This document shows, in pieces, positions 11,377 to 24,722 of a stretch of 64,000 bases of DNA (position 1 is the stretch's first letter; the number at the start of each line of letters is the position of its first letter). The stretch comes from Marsupella aquatica (taxonomy: Eukaryota; Plantae; Marchantiophyta). A model generated the notes under the pieces. That model did not search any database, was not told the origin of the DNA, and saw only the letters and a list, made by a program, of their open reading frames with translations. The position numbers were made by a program, and so were the translations under genes. The DNA is taken from assembly GCA_973895155.1 (NCBI GenBank), contig OZ316896.1:20200754-20264753 (forward strand). Direction: 5' to 3'.

Positions 11377-14300
11377 TCATCGAGGCCCTCCTGAAGCAGT
11401 CAACTCCAGTGCGATCAGAGCTTGCAGCTCTGCCGAGTCCCCAAGACCGAGAACAGGGATGAGAGCCGGTTCTGGGACATTCTGGAACAAGGAATCCTCC
11501 GCCACTGCTCGAAGGGCTTCTCGCAAGCCATCAGCACTTATCTTATCCACAACAAAGTACACCCGGAGCACCTGCACCGTGATCACTATTAGTGACAACA
11601 TTCTAGGCATTCTGCGTACTCAACTACCAATGCATGCAAACCTGGGAAAAGTTACCCACTGATTTTGTAGTTTTTAATTTTTCTCTGACACTTGCAAGCT
11701 CGATTTCGGGTGCAACTTACAAAGACATCAGCCCAGCTGAGATCAGCCTGTCCAAGTACAGCTGACATTGAGTCGTAGGCCTCCATAATAGCAGCATTCC
11801 CATTTAGAGAACTCCAAGAAATGCCACCTTCTGCCGTGCCTGGTCGATATGAGAGAAACCTGATAGCTCTACAAAGTGTGCCCGGTAGAATCAGTCCTTC
11901 GGATAAAGAGAACTCTTCAACTCCAGAAGATAGAACCTTACTCCGGTGCACTGTGATTGCCTTCCACGACTCCGGACCAATTTCGTCATATGTTCCATCT
12001 AATAATTTAGATATGTAAGTCAATGGTGCTACTTCCACGAGGGCACTGCATCCAAAAACAAAGAGTACCAATAAAAGTCAGGACAGGAATGGAACCCAAG
12101 AAAGTAACCACCCTAAGTATATGACCAATTGTTATTATCAACTCCAGGTTGATTGCTAAGGAATCCCTTTGGAAGGCAGTAAACCATTGTGCATTAGTCC
12201 CGAGAGAACCTTCTAAACAATCAGGCTTGCAAGGCTACCAATACTCATCTAGTGCGATCGGAATATGTTTAGAAAAATCAAAAGCCAAAAAACAGCACGA
12301 TGTTCTTGAGAATACCCTTTGGGCAGCGCTGGGAGTAAGATGTAAAGAACTGGAGGCTTTGGCAAGATCCGGCCTGTCTCCGAACAACTTTCCAGATGCT
12401 GATCCAGGATTGTTTCCACATCCTGCATCCCCTTCACTCCAGTAGCAGATGAACAATACACCGTGAGGCTCAAAACCGAATCTAGAAATGCTGGCGTGAA
12501 CACTTCTGCTACAGCATTGCAGTTTTGAAGAGCTTGAGTCATCTCACAAGTCGCACCTCCTGGCACTAAATTCATAGTTGGGGGATCCAACCCCAATTGC
12601 CCAGCCATGTACATTAATTGTTGATGTTGAGTAGCCTGCAACAACATTTAATAGATAAGGGACAAAATTCTCACGTCCAGAAAGTGAATCCAGACTCTGA
12701 AGTGAGTACAAGTGGCAGTGAACTAAGACATGAGAACAACTTGAAAGAGGCCCGTCATTTTGAAAGTTAATAAAAATGGACATCCTCTTTTTCCAAACTT
12801 GCGTTTCAACTTGCAAAGTTTTTGTAGGGAAACATTACTTTCTTTCAATGAATATCTCAAGAAACAACACACACAGATAGGTTGTTAATCTCGTACAGAG
12901 AATCAGATTCAATTCATCTTTGCTAATCGCTTATCAGAGCAGACTGACCTGAATCCATTTTTTTTTCGTCAGGATAGGCATTGATTTGTCACCTGGCTGT
13001 ATGGTCCAATACAACAGGGTGCCCAGGATGAGATGCTCTGAACATGTAAGACCTTTTTGCTGGAATCTGTTGTAGCAAGAATTTCTACCATAACATATCC
13101 CATCCCAGCCTGCCCAAGAGGGAGTTCTACACAACACCTTGATGGCACACCCCTGACACTCTCCTTCTCGGAAATATGCTGTACGTATATCTCGTTTGCT
13201 TTTGAGAACTCCTTCATATCATTTAGATACAAATGTACATAGAGGACATCAGCCCAGCACAGCTTCTCCATTTGCAGATGCTTTTCTATCTCAGCAAGTA
13301 CAACATCCAGCTGACACTGCGATTCTACAATCCAGAAAACAACCGGTAAGCTTAAACAGAGGTAAACCTTAGGACTGTCATCATCATTGTTTGACGACAT
13401 CTCGGATTTGTCTTATATTCCTAGGTGCTAGCAAGACAAAGAAAGGAACACAAGGAATACCACCCAGTCCAGACAGGTTACGAAAACCACAATTACTACA
13501 CAGCATTGCATGAACTTGCTCGACAAGAGTATCAACATGCTCCCAAGGACCCCCGACTTAAAAAAACATTCAGAAACTTGTCCAGCTCAACACCTTGAAG
13601 TACATGAATCTGCATCAGGCATCATAGCACTTCCAAAACTTTACCTGCATTGGCAAGATCACCTTTCTGCCTACAGCTTATCGCCACAAAACCATGTCTC
13701 TGCCTGTTTACTTCGGTAAGAAGCTCAGGCTTCATAGAGGCCTCTTGACAGGGCATTGTTCGTGATACAGCTGCATGGGTTTCATTAATATGATTATTTG
13801 CTAAAAAGTCATTTGTTATTTCGAAGGGCATTTGTGTCAAGCCAGATTGAGGTTCGTGTGACTTGTACTCCAGATGAAACTTTGTTGGATGGAGAACACC
13901 GACAGGAGCAATGGTGTCTGGTGAGTGCAGTTGAACAGTAAACTCATCCAGAACAATTTTGGCGTTCTGTAAACATCCAATCGAAGTCATTAGCAAACAT
14001 CACTGACAACCCGTTTCGGCAGTTTTCACGTATCTGGCATGCTTTGAAACTCCTGGATATGTGCGTGATACAGCAACCAATATAACTACAGTATGTCGGT
14101 TCAAGTTAGCTTGTTCAACTTAACGCGATGGGCTGCTTCCACTTCATGTCTATGAAAATGAGGAAGTACTAACAGTTCGTACAACAAAAAATGCTCTCAA
14201 AAAAAGGCTTTCCTAATATCAATTACCTTAAATAGAGGGCAGTCCAAAGTGAGACTCTCATATTCTCCACCCTCCCCGCAGACATTGCAGCCATAGAGGC

Positions 14301-16582
14301 TGCTCCCACAAACTAGTCAGTTCTGATGACATGTCCTACAATTCAACTTAAGCAAAAGATTAACATGTACTATCAATATACTGTTTAAAATCAAGATTAC
14401 AGACTTTCTCTAGGTAATCAAGATTGACCGCAGCAATTCTATGAGACTTGAATCTGGAAATTCTTAGATAAAAAAGAGCATGCACGCGCACAAGATCGCC
14501 CAGATTGAGAAGTTTTTATCAGCAGAAGAAATCAAAGCTGCGAAGAGGATGATGGATCTTCTGGTAAGGAAATAGACATACTCTTTAAGCTTCAAAAACA
14601 AAGGTTGAAGAGCAGCAAGGTCCTTCCCGAGATGCTTGTGAGGGTCCAAGCCCATCGCTGCAACCTGCGCAAACCAATGACAAGGACAGGTTCAGTGAAC
14701 TCGGTCTCAAAAGCATGATACCCTAATCTTACTGACAGCTCCAACAATGAAAACCAAATCTAGATAGAGCATTTCTTAAATTTCCTTGGACATATTCAGC
14801 CAGATGTAAAAGTTCTGCATGGTCTCACCTTGACTAGAACTGCTTGCAATCCACTGTCGATCTTCAATAACAATAAACCAAACATGCATGAGCTTGTATT
14901 TGAAGTATCAGTTGATCAAGATAAACTACTGCGCTTGAATTTCTTCGTCAGTTTGCATTCAACACCTAGGTTTGAGAACAGTTGTAGCATCAACGAGAGT
15001 GAAACGTGTTGTCAAACGCCCGTCAACCCAATTCAACCATCAGGCTCCAAGCAAGAATCAATTGCATTTCAAGGAACTTAAAAAAGTTGCATAGTCACCA
15101 TATTTTGAAGCAGGTGAGCCTGATCTTGTTTCCACATATATGCCAGTGAAACAAGGCCCAACCTTGAACACACGTTTTCCACCCTTAGCCTTTGATAGTC
15201 TGAGGCAATCGCCCCCGTCGACACTCCACCTAGACCAGGAACTTGACTCTTTACTGCCCTCAACAGGATTTCCAAATCTTCAACTTCATCGCCTTCAGTT
15301 GCACTATATCTCAGATCCTTAGCTCTACGGACAAAATATGTACTTACTATAAGAATCATGAAAAATCATATACGCTGGTAATCTAGAAGGCGCCCCTCAT
15401 AGAGGAGGCTCTTCGTCCGACATTCAATTCAATTTCACCATGACGAACTCCAATTTGTTCATTCAGCGTCTCACACAATTGTGCGGTATTTTCAAAAAAA
15501 TTCTGAACGAATGTTCAACAAAGTAAAACCAAACGGAAAGACATGATGAAATGAAATAGTTTTCCTAAGAACGCTCAGAGCAGAGTACCTGGGCGATCCC
15601 TGTATTCTCCTCCGAAATAAGGGCAGACCCATGCACTGAGCAAATGCAGCAATGGCTTGATGACCAACCTGTAGAGGTCAAGTCCCAGTTTGACACATTC
15701 ATAACCGAACACTTGGATTGCATTTCTCAATATCTCGCACACACTTCTGATGTGTCCTAAACAAACTGCCATATGAACTTACTGTAGAGTTCTTCATAGT
15801 CTGCGCCAAAAGTTCTCAGGAATGTTTTAAAATGTCAAAGAATAAATCCTTTTTGAGAAATGTGTTGCAACCAACAATGAGTATATGCCAATTTTCGAGG
15901 GTTCTGGTTTAAATTGATTACTTCGAAAGACTAACTAGGACAAAATATGCAAACTTATTATTAAGGCTGAGTCTCGATGGGGTCTTCGTAAACGGGAGTC
16001 ATGCTACAAAAGCATAATTTAGGGCAAGAATCGACATGAATCCAGACCCTAAATGTCGGGACAACCTACAGATTCTGAGAGGTGACACTAATCCTACCAG
16101 CCATTTACTTGACCATTCTAAGCAGTTCTACTTCATGAAGGTTCAGAAGTCATGAGGACAATCTTTGTCTTACAGTTTGGTACATGAAGCTATCCAACTC
16201 ATCGACGGCGTCATCAAGAGGTAGAAGATTGGCAAGCGCCACGATCTGCAGGTGTGAAATGCTAAATTTAATTCCCCAAGATCAAGAATAGCAGATAAAT
16301 CGATGAGGAAAAAACTGTCAGGTTGAAAAAATACACAAGCACGTGGATATCAAGCAACACGTGAAGCCCTGGCGTTCGAAACTCTAAGCGTGAGTATAAA
16401 GACGGCCCGGAGTAAATGAATAGACATTCAGGATTTTAAAATGCTCGTAGGATTGGTGAAAATTCATTGTGATTGACACAAGGGAAGATGAATCAGTTCC
16501 TTACCTCGTGCCCATATGATTCACAAAGCTGCATGTTGTAGCAGCTATCCTTGCCACCGCTGACCAATGCCACGACTTTCAT
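11377..16582 (-). CDS. DPH6: Diphthine--ammonia ligase (diphthamide synthase) with C-terminal YjgF/RidA-like domains; 12 exons, ~712 aa
   Basis: Exons with GT-AG introns and consistent phases: 16582-16505, 16245-16174, 15668-15589, 15324-15099, 14861-14829, 14664-14582, 14299-14227, 13966-13645, 13324-12993, 12635-12316, 12045-11721, 11571-11377 (total 2139 nt). Motifs: MKVVALVSGGKDSC (PP-loop), DELDSFMYQTVGH, GDEVEDL, GAIASDYQRLRVENVC, CGEGGEYESLTLDCPLF, LHVQSISSWAPCCIGPYSQA, AGQLGLDP, LPKGALVEV. Confidence 0.96.
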
Positions 16583-17963
16583 GGTTCCCGTAAATGGCTG
16601 CTCTGGTCTGCTCGGCTAGTTGCCCAACTTGTTCACCTCTCAGCAAAGCGAACGATTTGCAACCTCGACATCATCCAGTACCTATGGTGACATGGATTAA
16701 CTTGGTCTTCTTGTATCTAATTGTAACCAAGCATGACATTTTCATTTCTCCCCGTAAATTAGTGACCAGATTCCACTGTCCCACTCTGCGGCCATGCATT
16801 TGGTTTTCAAACTCAACCAAACAGAACTTGAGCTTTCGGTTTCCATCAGAAATACATAGGACCTGAGTTCCACGTCTGAAGATTCCGAGGCTTGTCATAG
16901 TTTCCATATCAAAAACACTATTCACAGTTTTACAGTAAACGTTCGGAAAAAACCAATTTATTATGTACGCACGCCCCAACACAGATTGCAGACAGGTAGA
17001 AACAAATCTATCTTTGTGTTTGAAAAAACCCTAGACTCCAACACATCACAACGCCATACATTCTAGATCAAGCATTATGGTCCCGCACACCACAGAAAAG
17101 CTTCTCCTGATGACCACTTCCACTGCAGGAGATACAAACACCGAAGGCCCAGCTGAAATGGAGAAAAGTCCTCGAATTTCTCAAAGAGCGCTCGCTGTGG
17201 GCATACACACCTGGGTTGAAGTCGTCTACAATTCGAGAGCAGCTGAAACCGCGGCCATCTCCAATAACAACAGCAAGCTCTGTCCAGAAATGATAACAGA
17301 GTCGTAATTCCTGCCCTGCTCTGCTCTGCTCTGCTCCGCTCGTCTTGGCAAATTGCAAAGCCTTGTCGCTCGGCTGATTCTCTGGCTAGTAAATTGATTG
17401 TAAGCTGAACTTCAGCCCCACCAAGCACATTCTGCTGTTTCTCTAGTGCAACTAAGATCTCCGATTACAGTACCATGGAATTCAGGATTTTCTAAATTCG
17501 CAAGGCTGGTGAATGTTACCTTTTGTAGGATAGAAGAGGAGATGGCATGAAGAATCTTTGTATAAAGCTTTATTACTGACGGTTGGATCAATGTGCATTT
17601 AAGGAGAGCCATCAGATGTGACTTATGGACCCTGTGGCTTTGTGTGCATCTGGCTAATGAGACCCAAATCACATAACTCCATGGGTTCTGATGGGGTGGC
17701 ATTTGGCTAATTATTGCCACTGAGACAAACCCTGCCATCTATGAAGGGCGGAGGGGCATGGTAGACTCATGATGAGAGGGCAGGGTGGACAGATGAACCT
17801 ATTAGGAATTCTATCCAGAAAATAATGAAGGAGGCGAAAATAATATATTTCAAACTCCAAAAAAAAACAAAACCTTCCCACGCTTGATCCCAGAGGCAAC
17901 ACCTCCCTTGATCGGGAGACAATAACTAAAGCTAAAGTTAGAAACATGAATCAAGGATTGATT

Positions 17964-19219
17964 CTGATGGTAGAGTGTTCTTTGTACTGTTAGTATAAGA
18001 GACTTTATAATACATGAATCAGATTTCAGTATGGTAATTTCAATATTTCCTTGGAATGGTTTTTTTTGTAAATTTTAATACCGCGAAAGACCCCACGGAT
18101 AGGGGGAACAACAGCCCTTAATATAGGGACAGCAACAGCACACTAGCGAGCCACAAAGAGAGCCCAAAAGCTCAACTCAAAAGAACGCAAAATCACTCTC
18201 CATCTTAATCTTATAGCATGTTCATCTTGGAACATGCTTCATTTTTTTGGTTTTTTGTGATACGCAGGTGTTCTAATTAAAACATAAACAGGACATTGAC
18301 TAAGAAGATGCATAGTATATGATATTGAAACTTGTGCACATAAGGTACAAATTAAAGTAAAAATACACATGTAAAGAAAAATAATAATGAACAGGAAAGT
18401 TTATGGTATAGGGATGTGCACATAATGTACATGTGTAGAGATACCTATGTACTTACTTTAGGTAATGACAACTCAAAATAATTAAAATCATAAATTTAGT
18501 ACACAAAACTATGAGTAGTATTTAAAGACACAAGGTGTACACTTTATTTAGATCATTTCTTCAGCACTCATGAGAATAATGGCTAGAAATTCCACTAGCT
18601 TCGTGAAGGGTGGATGATCTTAAAGATAGCAAAGATTTAAAAAAATTAGAGGGGTGCCAGAAGAAATTCAAAATCTAAACTATACAAGGGATGCACATCG
18701 GTAAGACACATTGAAATAAAAATGCATAACAAAAAATGTTTGAATAAGACAAAATAAATTTGAAAGTTGCATTGCAACATCAATCATTACCTACTGCAGT
18801 TGATCTATGGGATGCTCAGGGCATTCTTAACAATTTGTAGGTTTTCTTTAGCCAACTGTTTGAACATTAACAAAATTAAACCTTCCTGGGAATAATATAA
18901 TTAAACCTCCAAATTTTGAGCAAAATACGTGATATTAGAATCAATCCAAACTATATTTTCTTCAGTTAGTATAGTTTTTGAAGCTCGCATTTGTTTGTCC
19001 CAAACACTAATTTGAATAATATTATTTCTAGTTTGGGTTAAACAGTGGGATACACCTCTTGCATTCCTTACACAATTTGGGTACGTGATATCACAAATTT
19101 AGATGATTTTTTAATATAAAACAAATGAAATAAAGAAATTACCTTATTAAAATACATCTTTCTATTCATGTATAATATAATCTATCATATTAAAAATGCA
19201 AAGAAGATAATACCGCTAG
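17964..19219. mobile_element. Non-autonomous TIR DNA element (MITE/MULE-like), copy 1, carrying nested insertions
   Basis: The left ~85 bp (CTGATGGTAGAGTGTTCTTTGTAC...ATAATACATGAAT...GTAATTTCAATATTTC) is an imperfect reverse complement of the right end (GAAATAAAGAAATTAC...ATTCATGTATAAT...GCAAAGAAGATAATACCGCTAG). The interior is AT-rich and non-coding. No TSD recognisable. Confidence 0.65.
18212..18775. repeat. AT-rich interspersed repeat; inverted homologue at ~28590-29508
   Basis: Several collinear reverse-complement matches: AGCATGTTCATCTTGGAACATG vs CATGTTCAAAGATGAGCATACT; CACTCATGAGAATA vs TATTCTCATGAGTG; TTGAATAAGACAAAAT vs ATTTTGTCTTATTCAA. Confidence 0.7.
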
Positions 19220-19690
19220 AGAGAATCTGTGGTCTTCAAACGTCCATTCTCCCGGTTTCCACAGTTGTCAAGGGCCCTGATCTCTAGAATGGAATGTAAG
19301 ATAGTGAGAAGCACCTTCAATCTACAGTAATGGGAACGAGAGATTTTAAGAGCTGATCCATGAAAGATGTGGAGTCTAAAACGAACGACTGACTGTTCTC
19401 AGACCACCGACTGTCTCAAGCTTGGACTTCCTCTCACAAATTAACTATGACTACTCGGAGCTAGTGAAGCTGTGCTCTTTATATAAGGTATCCACATCCT
19501 TCCTTCTTATACTCTCCGCTGCCGGAGCTAGACAAACCCTGGATACAACGTACCCACAGCAGTACCCAAAGCAAGATCGAATGAAGTAGGCAAATCTTTT
19601 GAGTAGTCCAACATAGCTTGACCGTGTCCAGACTTGGAGTCACCAAACCTGAGAGTTATTGTTCAGTGCAAGCAACACTCGACTTAAGGA
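19220..19690 (+). repeat. Local duplicated segment, copy 1 (paralogue at ~25453-25945)
   Basis: Shared collinear blocks such as CTCAGACCACCGACTGTCTCAAGCTTGG, CGGAGCTAGTGAAGCTGTGC, GTCCAACATAGCT and AGCTTGACCGTGTCCA, about 6.25 kb apart. Confidence 0.9.
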
Positions 19691-21437
19691 AATTAATGTA
19701 CGTTATAGATGATGGAACTGCATGGCTTGAGATTTTTGTTGGGGGCAGGGGGGAAATGGTACTATTCTTCATTTTCATTTGCAATATATCTCAAGGATGA
19801 CACTAGTAGTTCTTATTGATGCAGCTGCTTGGTTAGAACTGAAAGACTTCAGAAACACGTACGAACGTACAGCCATGGATATCAGGGGCTTACTGATTTC
19901 TTTCAACTAAAGGATTACGAACAAGAACGAAATAATATTTTGTCCATAATGTTTGGCATTAAATGTTTGGGGCTACTCGATTGAAGCGTATCAGTTTCCC
20001 GTTTCAAAAGTTGGAGATGCTGAGAAAAGTCATCGATTGTGATTTGCTATTCTGACCAAATCCAATTACCAGACACGCCCACAAATATCGAGGTAGTGCT
20101 GTTCTTCACGATTATAAGATAGCTTGAAGACGAACTGATTGACTTAGTTATTAATTCGCTGTTGGACCGGTACGAACGATAAATTTCATACGAAGCTCAC
20201 CACCTTATGTGTTTTCTTCGGTGTCAAAAAAGCTCTTCACGCGTACTTCTTAGTTTGCTTCCTCATCTCATGATCGGTAAATACTGAGCTACCAGTACTT
20301 GCTTCCACCCTCGCTAAGCCCAGCACATCATCCCAGATTGTCGACACGGCGCGTGACACTATTCCCGACATTCACGTGAGCTTGTGGAATAGACAGAAAC
20401 GATCAGCCTCCGACAGGCGTATACGTAGTTAAGATTCTCCCTCGGAAAATCCATGTGAGGTTGTTATGGTTCAAACGCCATTGATATTTTGACTATTCTT
20501 CACGTGAACAGCAAGTTTTCACATGAATCTTATTTTAATAATAAGCTACAGGCAGGTTAAAATGACAGACTAGGTGCCACCCCCTTGCATGTGTCAGGTG
20601 GACATTGACCCCGGCCACGAAAGTAGATGATCGAAGCTTCCTGGGCCCGCTACTAAAGACGATGGAATAGTGAAATCAGTTCTTCTCACTGAAATTACTG
20701 ACGGTCAATCTCTCATGTGTGTAAGTTTGAAATTCAAACAAACGACGCCAGACGCAGATGATCTGCAGAAGATGTTAATTTGCTGCAGCATTTCACTGCA
20801 AAGTCGCTCTGCGTATGGTATCCCGTAGCAAGCTCAAAAGGGCCATCAATAATTTCTTTCCTTGAAAAAAAGGTATGCATCTTTGTGTAGACTGGCATCT
20901 TACTGTGTGCTTAATACTTATGTACTAGCTAGGGTGGTTAATATTTTCCAAGTTAAGTAGTTTTATCAGCACTTTGAATATAGATGAGATTGTGATATAT
21001 AGTACTATCTAGGACAGTGTTTTCATGTAGACTCGGTCCATACTGTAACTGTAGCTACTCAGTGCAACCATTTCTGCACTGAAAACATATATCTCTCGTG
21101 CAATGTAGCTACTCAAGAAAGATAAAGGAGATGAGACAAAAAGTCTTCGATGTCTTGAACGGCAGAGTACATATATGCGTGAACATGTGGTTTCTGGAAA
21201 GCTGTGTCTCGTCATGTGTGTCTCTTGACGAGTCTTCACTAGGTAGAGGCGTGTAAATTTGGGTCCCATTGTTTACACGTGCTGCACGGCAGATGCGCGC
21301 AGTTAATTATGGGCTAGCTGTCCTTTTCAGTCAATTCAGTCCTTTAGAACTGCATAAATTTCCTGGTGTTGTGCACCTTTGTGAGGACTGCAAGTGTAGA
21401 TGCTTACAAGCTATGGAGAATTTTCGGTTTACAACAT

Positions 21438-21659
21438 GGATTTGAATGGAAATCTTAGTGAGAAAGACAAGGCTCCTTTCTACTTATCAGTGAGCTTTTG
21501 GACCTACTAGTCAGCATTGATCGCATGTAGGTCGCTGGAGCACCAACAGGCCGCTGGTAAGATATATACCTGGACGGAGGTGTCTTTCTCAGTGAGCTTC
21601 CCATTCAAGCCCTTCTTTGGACTCTTCCTGGTCCAAAGGAGGGCTTGCATGGTCGAAGC
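21438..21659 (+). ncRNA. Candidate structured RNA / MIRNA-like fold-back (two overlapping hairpins)
   Basis: 21438-21476 pairs with 21576-21612, with inner stems CTTATCAGTG/CGCTGGTAAG and GACCTAC/GTAGGTC. 21596-21622 pairs with 21631-21659 around an 8-nt loop. I recognise no conserved miRNA family here and have no expression evidence. Confidence 0.4.
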
Positions 21660-24045
21660 CTTTCCCGGTGGACTTTGAATCCCTTGCAACTTGTAATTGT
21701 GGCGTCATAAGGCTCTGAGTTTATCCAGAGAGTGTTTTTCCTTTTAATCCAAGCTCAGGTTGAAGGTACTTTAAGGTTACTTAGCATAAAGATTGGTCGG
21801 CGTTGTCGTATATATACGTTGCATAGCGAGAGGACCTCTGAGCGACCTGAAGTCACGTAAACTAGTACCCTTATCATTGGCAATGCTCTTGTATCACTTC
21901 GAAACTGACTATGTACAGTAATACAAGATTCTATAAAATGTATAGCATGAAAGTGGGAGAAAAATGTATTTAGACCCAGCCCCAGAGGAGCTAAGCGCTG
22001 TTCAAGATCTTACCAATTTGGAAGAATATGTGTAAATTCAAATGTTTAATTAACAAGATGAAATACTGCCTTTCAAGTAGTATTTGGAGCATCCCACTTG
22101 GGAATGATCATTTCACTCGCCACAGTACGGTAAGAAAGAATCGCTCTTCGACTTGACTAGAGGGAGTCACATCCTGAAGAGTTGTGCGCTCGTCCAAACC
22201 TTCTCAATCTTTCAGCTCAGCGCCTGTATTCTCCAGCTACAGCTAAAAGATAGGAATCGCTCGTCCTAGAGATGTCAGAAGGTCACCACCCAAATTGGCG
22301 GTCTTTAATATATAGCTCACACTACTTTCGAAGGTATCAAAAGTATTATTAGTCGTCTCCGGGACAATGTAGGTCGTCTCAGCAAGATTTCACATAAATA
22401 CAAATCAAATATATATCAGTAAGACACCATCGATATGGAACTCAATCTGTAAGACTTTGCAACCAAGGTCGATCTCGTTGCACGCGGGTGACAAACAGAG
22501 GCTGGGTACTTTGAAGACAACGATGACAAGTTCGCATCAGTTTCAGTCCAGAGACGTTTCGTACTCTAATTAATGGCTGATACCGCAACTTGATCTTGAG
22601 CTGAGTATTTTGACATAGTCCCCGCTTTCTTCTATGCTCTCTGGAAGTTCTGGCGCCTGTTGATGTTCGTCTTATGAGACCTATGATGCAGAAGACTCAC
22701 CGTTTGTCCTGAAGTCTGGAAAGTTTTCTTTAATCAGTGATAGCTGAAACAAAATCTCTTTTCTTTATCAGAATCACTCACGATTCATTTCCGTGGCGTA
22801 TACAGTTACACATGGTGCCGTTAGCTGCATCCAACGTAGAGAGTTATTAGAGTGCCTGTAAGGATGTTCGTACGACCATGCATGTTACCGTGAATTATTA
22901 TATTAGCTGATAAGCTCGCCCGCCGCTGATTGCATTTGGTTTGCTGAGAACATTACGTAGTCCATTGCTGCGGTCAACAAACTTGTTTCTGTCGATCATA
23001 TTTGGGAAATTTCTTGGGAAAGAACCAGCTAGCGCACTTTGTCTGTATCATTTAGGACGTACAGTCAAATCCGACAGACTGGAGAACCAAACCAAAAACT
23101 GTGAAGTGTCAAAAACTATCAGCATGTATATCAAACTTAAGTCCTGCTGTGAGTGACCAGTACGTTATACACGTACTCACTGCCTTGGTGGTGGGTTTGG
23201 GGTAAAATATCCCGATCGATCAATTACTACAATATATACTGCCTACAACGTCCTTGGTATCCTCTAGACGAGGAGTGGTGCATTCCTTTTGCGAGCTGAT
23301 GCATAACGGTGACATTTGCAGTTAGGTGTATTAGTCTAGATTAATTATCTGGATTGGTCATCGGCTGATCTCGATCGATCGCTGGCAACTAGTAAAGGTG
23401 ATAAGGAAGGTATTAGAATGAAATATTAATCGATGAACGTTCTTGAAGCCTTCAGTTGCCAGGGTTCTTCAGAAGTTCTTATGCTGTCAGAGACAAGTCG
23501 TGCAGAAATTTTCCGGTCGACAAGTCAGTAAGTCAGCTGGATTCCTCGAACTTTTGGACGTCCGACCACTTATTTCCGCCCTTTTTCTCTGCTATGTTTG
23601 ACGACAATTATTGAGTACTCGTCCCTTCGACAACTACATATTAAGCCTATTCATGCCCTCTGAATTCAGAATCAGGATGGATCACGATACAACGACTGCC
23701 GTCTAGTTCTTGTACTTTACCCGAACCTGACTTTTTTTACGCTCGTCCTCCATCACTGTCAAGAGTTGAAGATGGCTCTCACAGTCTGAAAATAGTGATT
23801 GCCAGTAGTTGCCGATGTTCACGGCCTTCGTTCATGATTGCCAGCAGTTGAACATGTAGTGCTCACACCGAAAGATATGCCATTCATGGCTGCCAACAGT
23901 TGACCATCCGTGCTCATACTTGCTCTGAAACATTTGCTCATGATCTTCGTTCATGGTTGCCAAAAATCCAGTGTTGAGACTCTGAATCTTGTTTTGGCAC
24001 ATTTTCTTATAGTACTCACAACAATAACAAGTGTGTGATCCTAAG

Positions 24046-24248
24046 CACATTATTGCACAGACTAGAGAATATACAACACAAACTAGGATATAATTTTTGA
24101 AAATAGTTGCTCAGTTGAACAAATTAGAATTTAATGATGCATTTGCCAACACTACACATTATTGCACTACAGAAAAACACAATGATTTTGTGAAAAGAAT
24201 TGCTCAGTTGAACAAATTAGAATTTAATGATGTATTTGCCAACACTAC
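24046..24248. repeat. Tandem duplication, ~93-bp period
   Basis: TTGCTCAGTTGAACAAATTAGAATTTAATGATG(C/T)ATTTGCCAACACTAC occurs at 24107 and 24200; CACATTATTGCAC occurs at 24046 and 24155. Confidence 0.9.
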
Positions 24249-24722
24249 GAGTTTACATGAGAGCTCTTCTTCCAAGAGAGAATGATTAATCAGTCTACTC
24301 TACTTAGACACTCTTAACATGAGAATTGGCCCTCCTGGCAAAACAGGCAGGAGACTCCCCCACTAGAACAAGGCTACAAGGACTAATTCAAAAATCTAAT
24401 GGGTCTTTGATGTGACAACTAACCTTAACTATGCTATCATCAACAGGTAAGCTAGTGTAAGACAAAAAAATATACTATGATAAAACTAGTGCTGTAGGTC
24501 AAAACTAATAAGATGCTAACAAAAATACTAGTGCTATATATTAAAACAAATGAGCATATATCATGATCATAAGAAGAGAGGAAAGAAGAGTATTGGACTT
24601 GAGCCAAATAACGAGCCCCTAGCCAGATAACGAACCTAGAGCACTCTCAGGCAAAGTATCATCTCCTCATTCTCTTGGAGAGCAATAGTTAAAATCCAAG
24701 TTAGAAACATTAAGTATATATC

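Noticed and set aside
16594-17428. Several 76-117-aa ORFs upstream of DPH6
   Set aside because: No recognisable motifs; they overlap a (CTGCT)n microsatellite and most likely lie in the DPH6 5'UTR/promoter.
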